Origin: a virus
Taxonomy: Duplodnaviria; Heunggongvirae; Uroviricota; Caudoviricetes
Length of the DNA stretch: 7,485 bases
Reading direction: 5' to 3' (one strand)
Virus record (IMG/VR): IMGVR_UViG_2675903661_000009
Span: 1-7,485 of that record
This document shows, piece after piece, positions 6,165-7,485 of this stretch. The translations under genes and the position numbers were made by a program. Numbering within the stretch: the stretch's first letter is position 1; the number at the start of each line of letters is the position of its first letter. The notes under the pieces were generated by a model. That model did no database searches, was not told the origin of the DNA, and saw nothing but the letters and a program-made list of their open reading frames with translations.

Positions 6165-7485
6165 TCAGCATTCCTCCGTCACGACGCATGGATAACATCA
6201 CCGCCTGTACCCGCTGGTCAATCAGTTGCACAAGGGTGCCCGCCGCTTCCGGCCCTATCTGCCCGTTAGCGCCGTCATTCTGAATGGCGATGTGGTACAC
6301 CGGGGAATACACCAGACCCGCACTGCCGTTCATACTGCCCACCGCACGCACGCCGAGTGAACCATCCGCTGCCCGGGTCAGGGGCATGATGGCTTCAGGT
6401 CCGGCCTCCCCCATCAGCCCTGCCCCTTTTGCAAAGGCAAAGTACGTGGGCGTGTCCACAATACTGTTACTGTATGCACTCAGGTTTGCCGAGGTATAAA
6501 CGCCGCCTTTTGCATTTGCCACCGCGCCACCCAGCCAGTTGCCTATACTGCCGAAAAATCCTCCTGCACCGGACATACTGTTTGCCGCCATCTTAATGCC
6601 GTTGACAATGGCCGCATTCATAAGAACTTTTGATATTTCCTGCAGGATTGATGCAGCCCAGCTGCGCCATTCCACTTTATTTCCGTTCAGCATCTCCGTG
6701 ATGTTATTCACCATCCCTGAGATACCGTCTGTCGCAAGCTGTGCTGCCTGTGAAGCGTAATCTGATGCGCTGTCCACCCAGTTACTTAGCCCTTCCTGCA
6801 GCCCTTTCTGCCAGTCAGCACGCTGCGCATCCGATTCGGCATAAAAAGCCTCCTGGTCTTTAAGGCGTTCACTCAGATACTGCGCATTCTGCGCCAGCGC
6901 CTGTCTGTAAAAATCCTCACTGATATCCCCTGTCTGATACTGAGACTGCAGGTCCGCATCCTTCTGGCGGTAGCCGTCACGAATCTGCTGCAGCTCCCGC
7001 ATCCGTTCACGGACCCGCTCACCCTGCCCGTACCCCAGCAGCTCAGCGTCATTTGATGCCCTTGCGTCTGCATTATCATTTTTCAGGGTCTCCTCCCGGG
7101 CCCGTAACTGCTCCCGGATTTTCTTCTGGTCAATCAGGGCTGCATTGCGCAGCAGCTCCTGCTTCTGTATCTCCGTCAGGGTTTTCAGCTCGCCCTGCGA
7201 GGTCTGGTATTTCAGTTTTGCCAGTTCTGTATTCTTCCCGGCCAGTGCCAGTTGTTCCTTCTGCTGCTTCAGCAGACGGGAAAAACTGTCTTCCGCTTTT
7301 TCCGCCCCTGATTTTCCGGCCCGGGATTTGGGTTTATTCGCCTCATTATTGCGCCAGGCTTCCATCGAATTACGGATGTAACGCTGCCTCGCCTCCTGAT
7401 ACGTATCCCCCACCAGACCAAGGTCATCCGCCGCATACCCCAGCCGGGCACGCTCTTTTTCTTCCCCTTTCAGCCGGGACAGGGC
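6157..7485 (-). CDS. H: Tail tape measure protein H, C-terminal about 442 aa (5' end lies beyond the right edge)
   Basis: Track ORF 6157..7413. I translated 7414..7485 in the same frame and found no stop, so the ORF is open to the window edge. The product has charged, coiled-coil-like Q/E/K/R-rich repeats followed by a Gly-rich C-terminal region (GGFFGSIGNWLGGAVANAKGG), typical of lambda-like tape measure proteins. Stop TGA at 6157-6159. Confidence 0.85.
   Translation of the reverse strand, partial: ALSRLKGEEKERARLGYAADDLGLVGDTYQEARQRYIRNSMEAWRNNEANKPKSRAGKSGAEKAEDSFSRLLKQQKEQLALAGKNTELAKLKYQTSQGELKTLTEIQKQELLRNAALIDQKKIREQLRAREETLKNDNADARASNDAELLGYGQGERVRERMRELQQIRDGYRQKDADLQSQYQTGDISEDFYRQALAQNAQYLSERLKDQEAFYAESDAQRADWQKGLQEGLSNWVDSASDYASQAAQLATDGISGMVNNITEMLNGNKVEWRSWAASILQEISKVLMNAAIVNGIKMAANSMSGAGGFFGSIGNWLGGAVANAKGGVYTSANLSAYSNSIVDTPTYFAFAKGAGLMGEAGPEAIMPLTRAADGSLGVRAVGSMNGSAGLVYSPVYHIAIQNDGANGQIGPEAAGTLVQLIDQRVQAVMLSMRRDGGMLSG

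Noticed and set aside
1-7485. CRISPR arrays, tRNA genes, insertion-sequence inverted repeats, Chi sites (GCTGGTGG)
   Set aside because: No regularly spaced direct repeats, cloverleaf-like segments or terminal inverted repeats were seen. A few near-matches to Chi (e.g. ccaccagt) are not exact; scanning by eye is not exhaustive.

Overview
This window is the tail-tip module of a lambda-like (lambdoid) siphophage or prophage, probably from an enterobacterial host. All genes are on the minus strand, in lambda order: the 3' part of the tape measure gene H (runs off the right edge), then M, L, K, I and the host-specificity gene J. Junction architecture matches lambda as I recall it: a one-base M stop/L start overlap, a 103-nt out-of-frame K/I overlap, and a short H/M overlap. 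Gene calls rest on my recollection of lambda protein sequences and on motifs read directly from the six-frame track; no database search was run. I do not see evidence for a wholly new multi-gene system. The one stretch the tail genes do not explain is the I-J spacer: about 240 bp, AT-rich, with two strong hairpins of opposite terminator polarity and a 39-codon ORF. The other notable points are a divergent, lower-GC J C-terminus (likely receptor-binding cassette exchange) and a 192-bp flank beyond J with no ORF. The plus-strand ORFs in the track are antisense shadows of these GC-rich genes.
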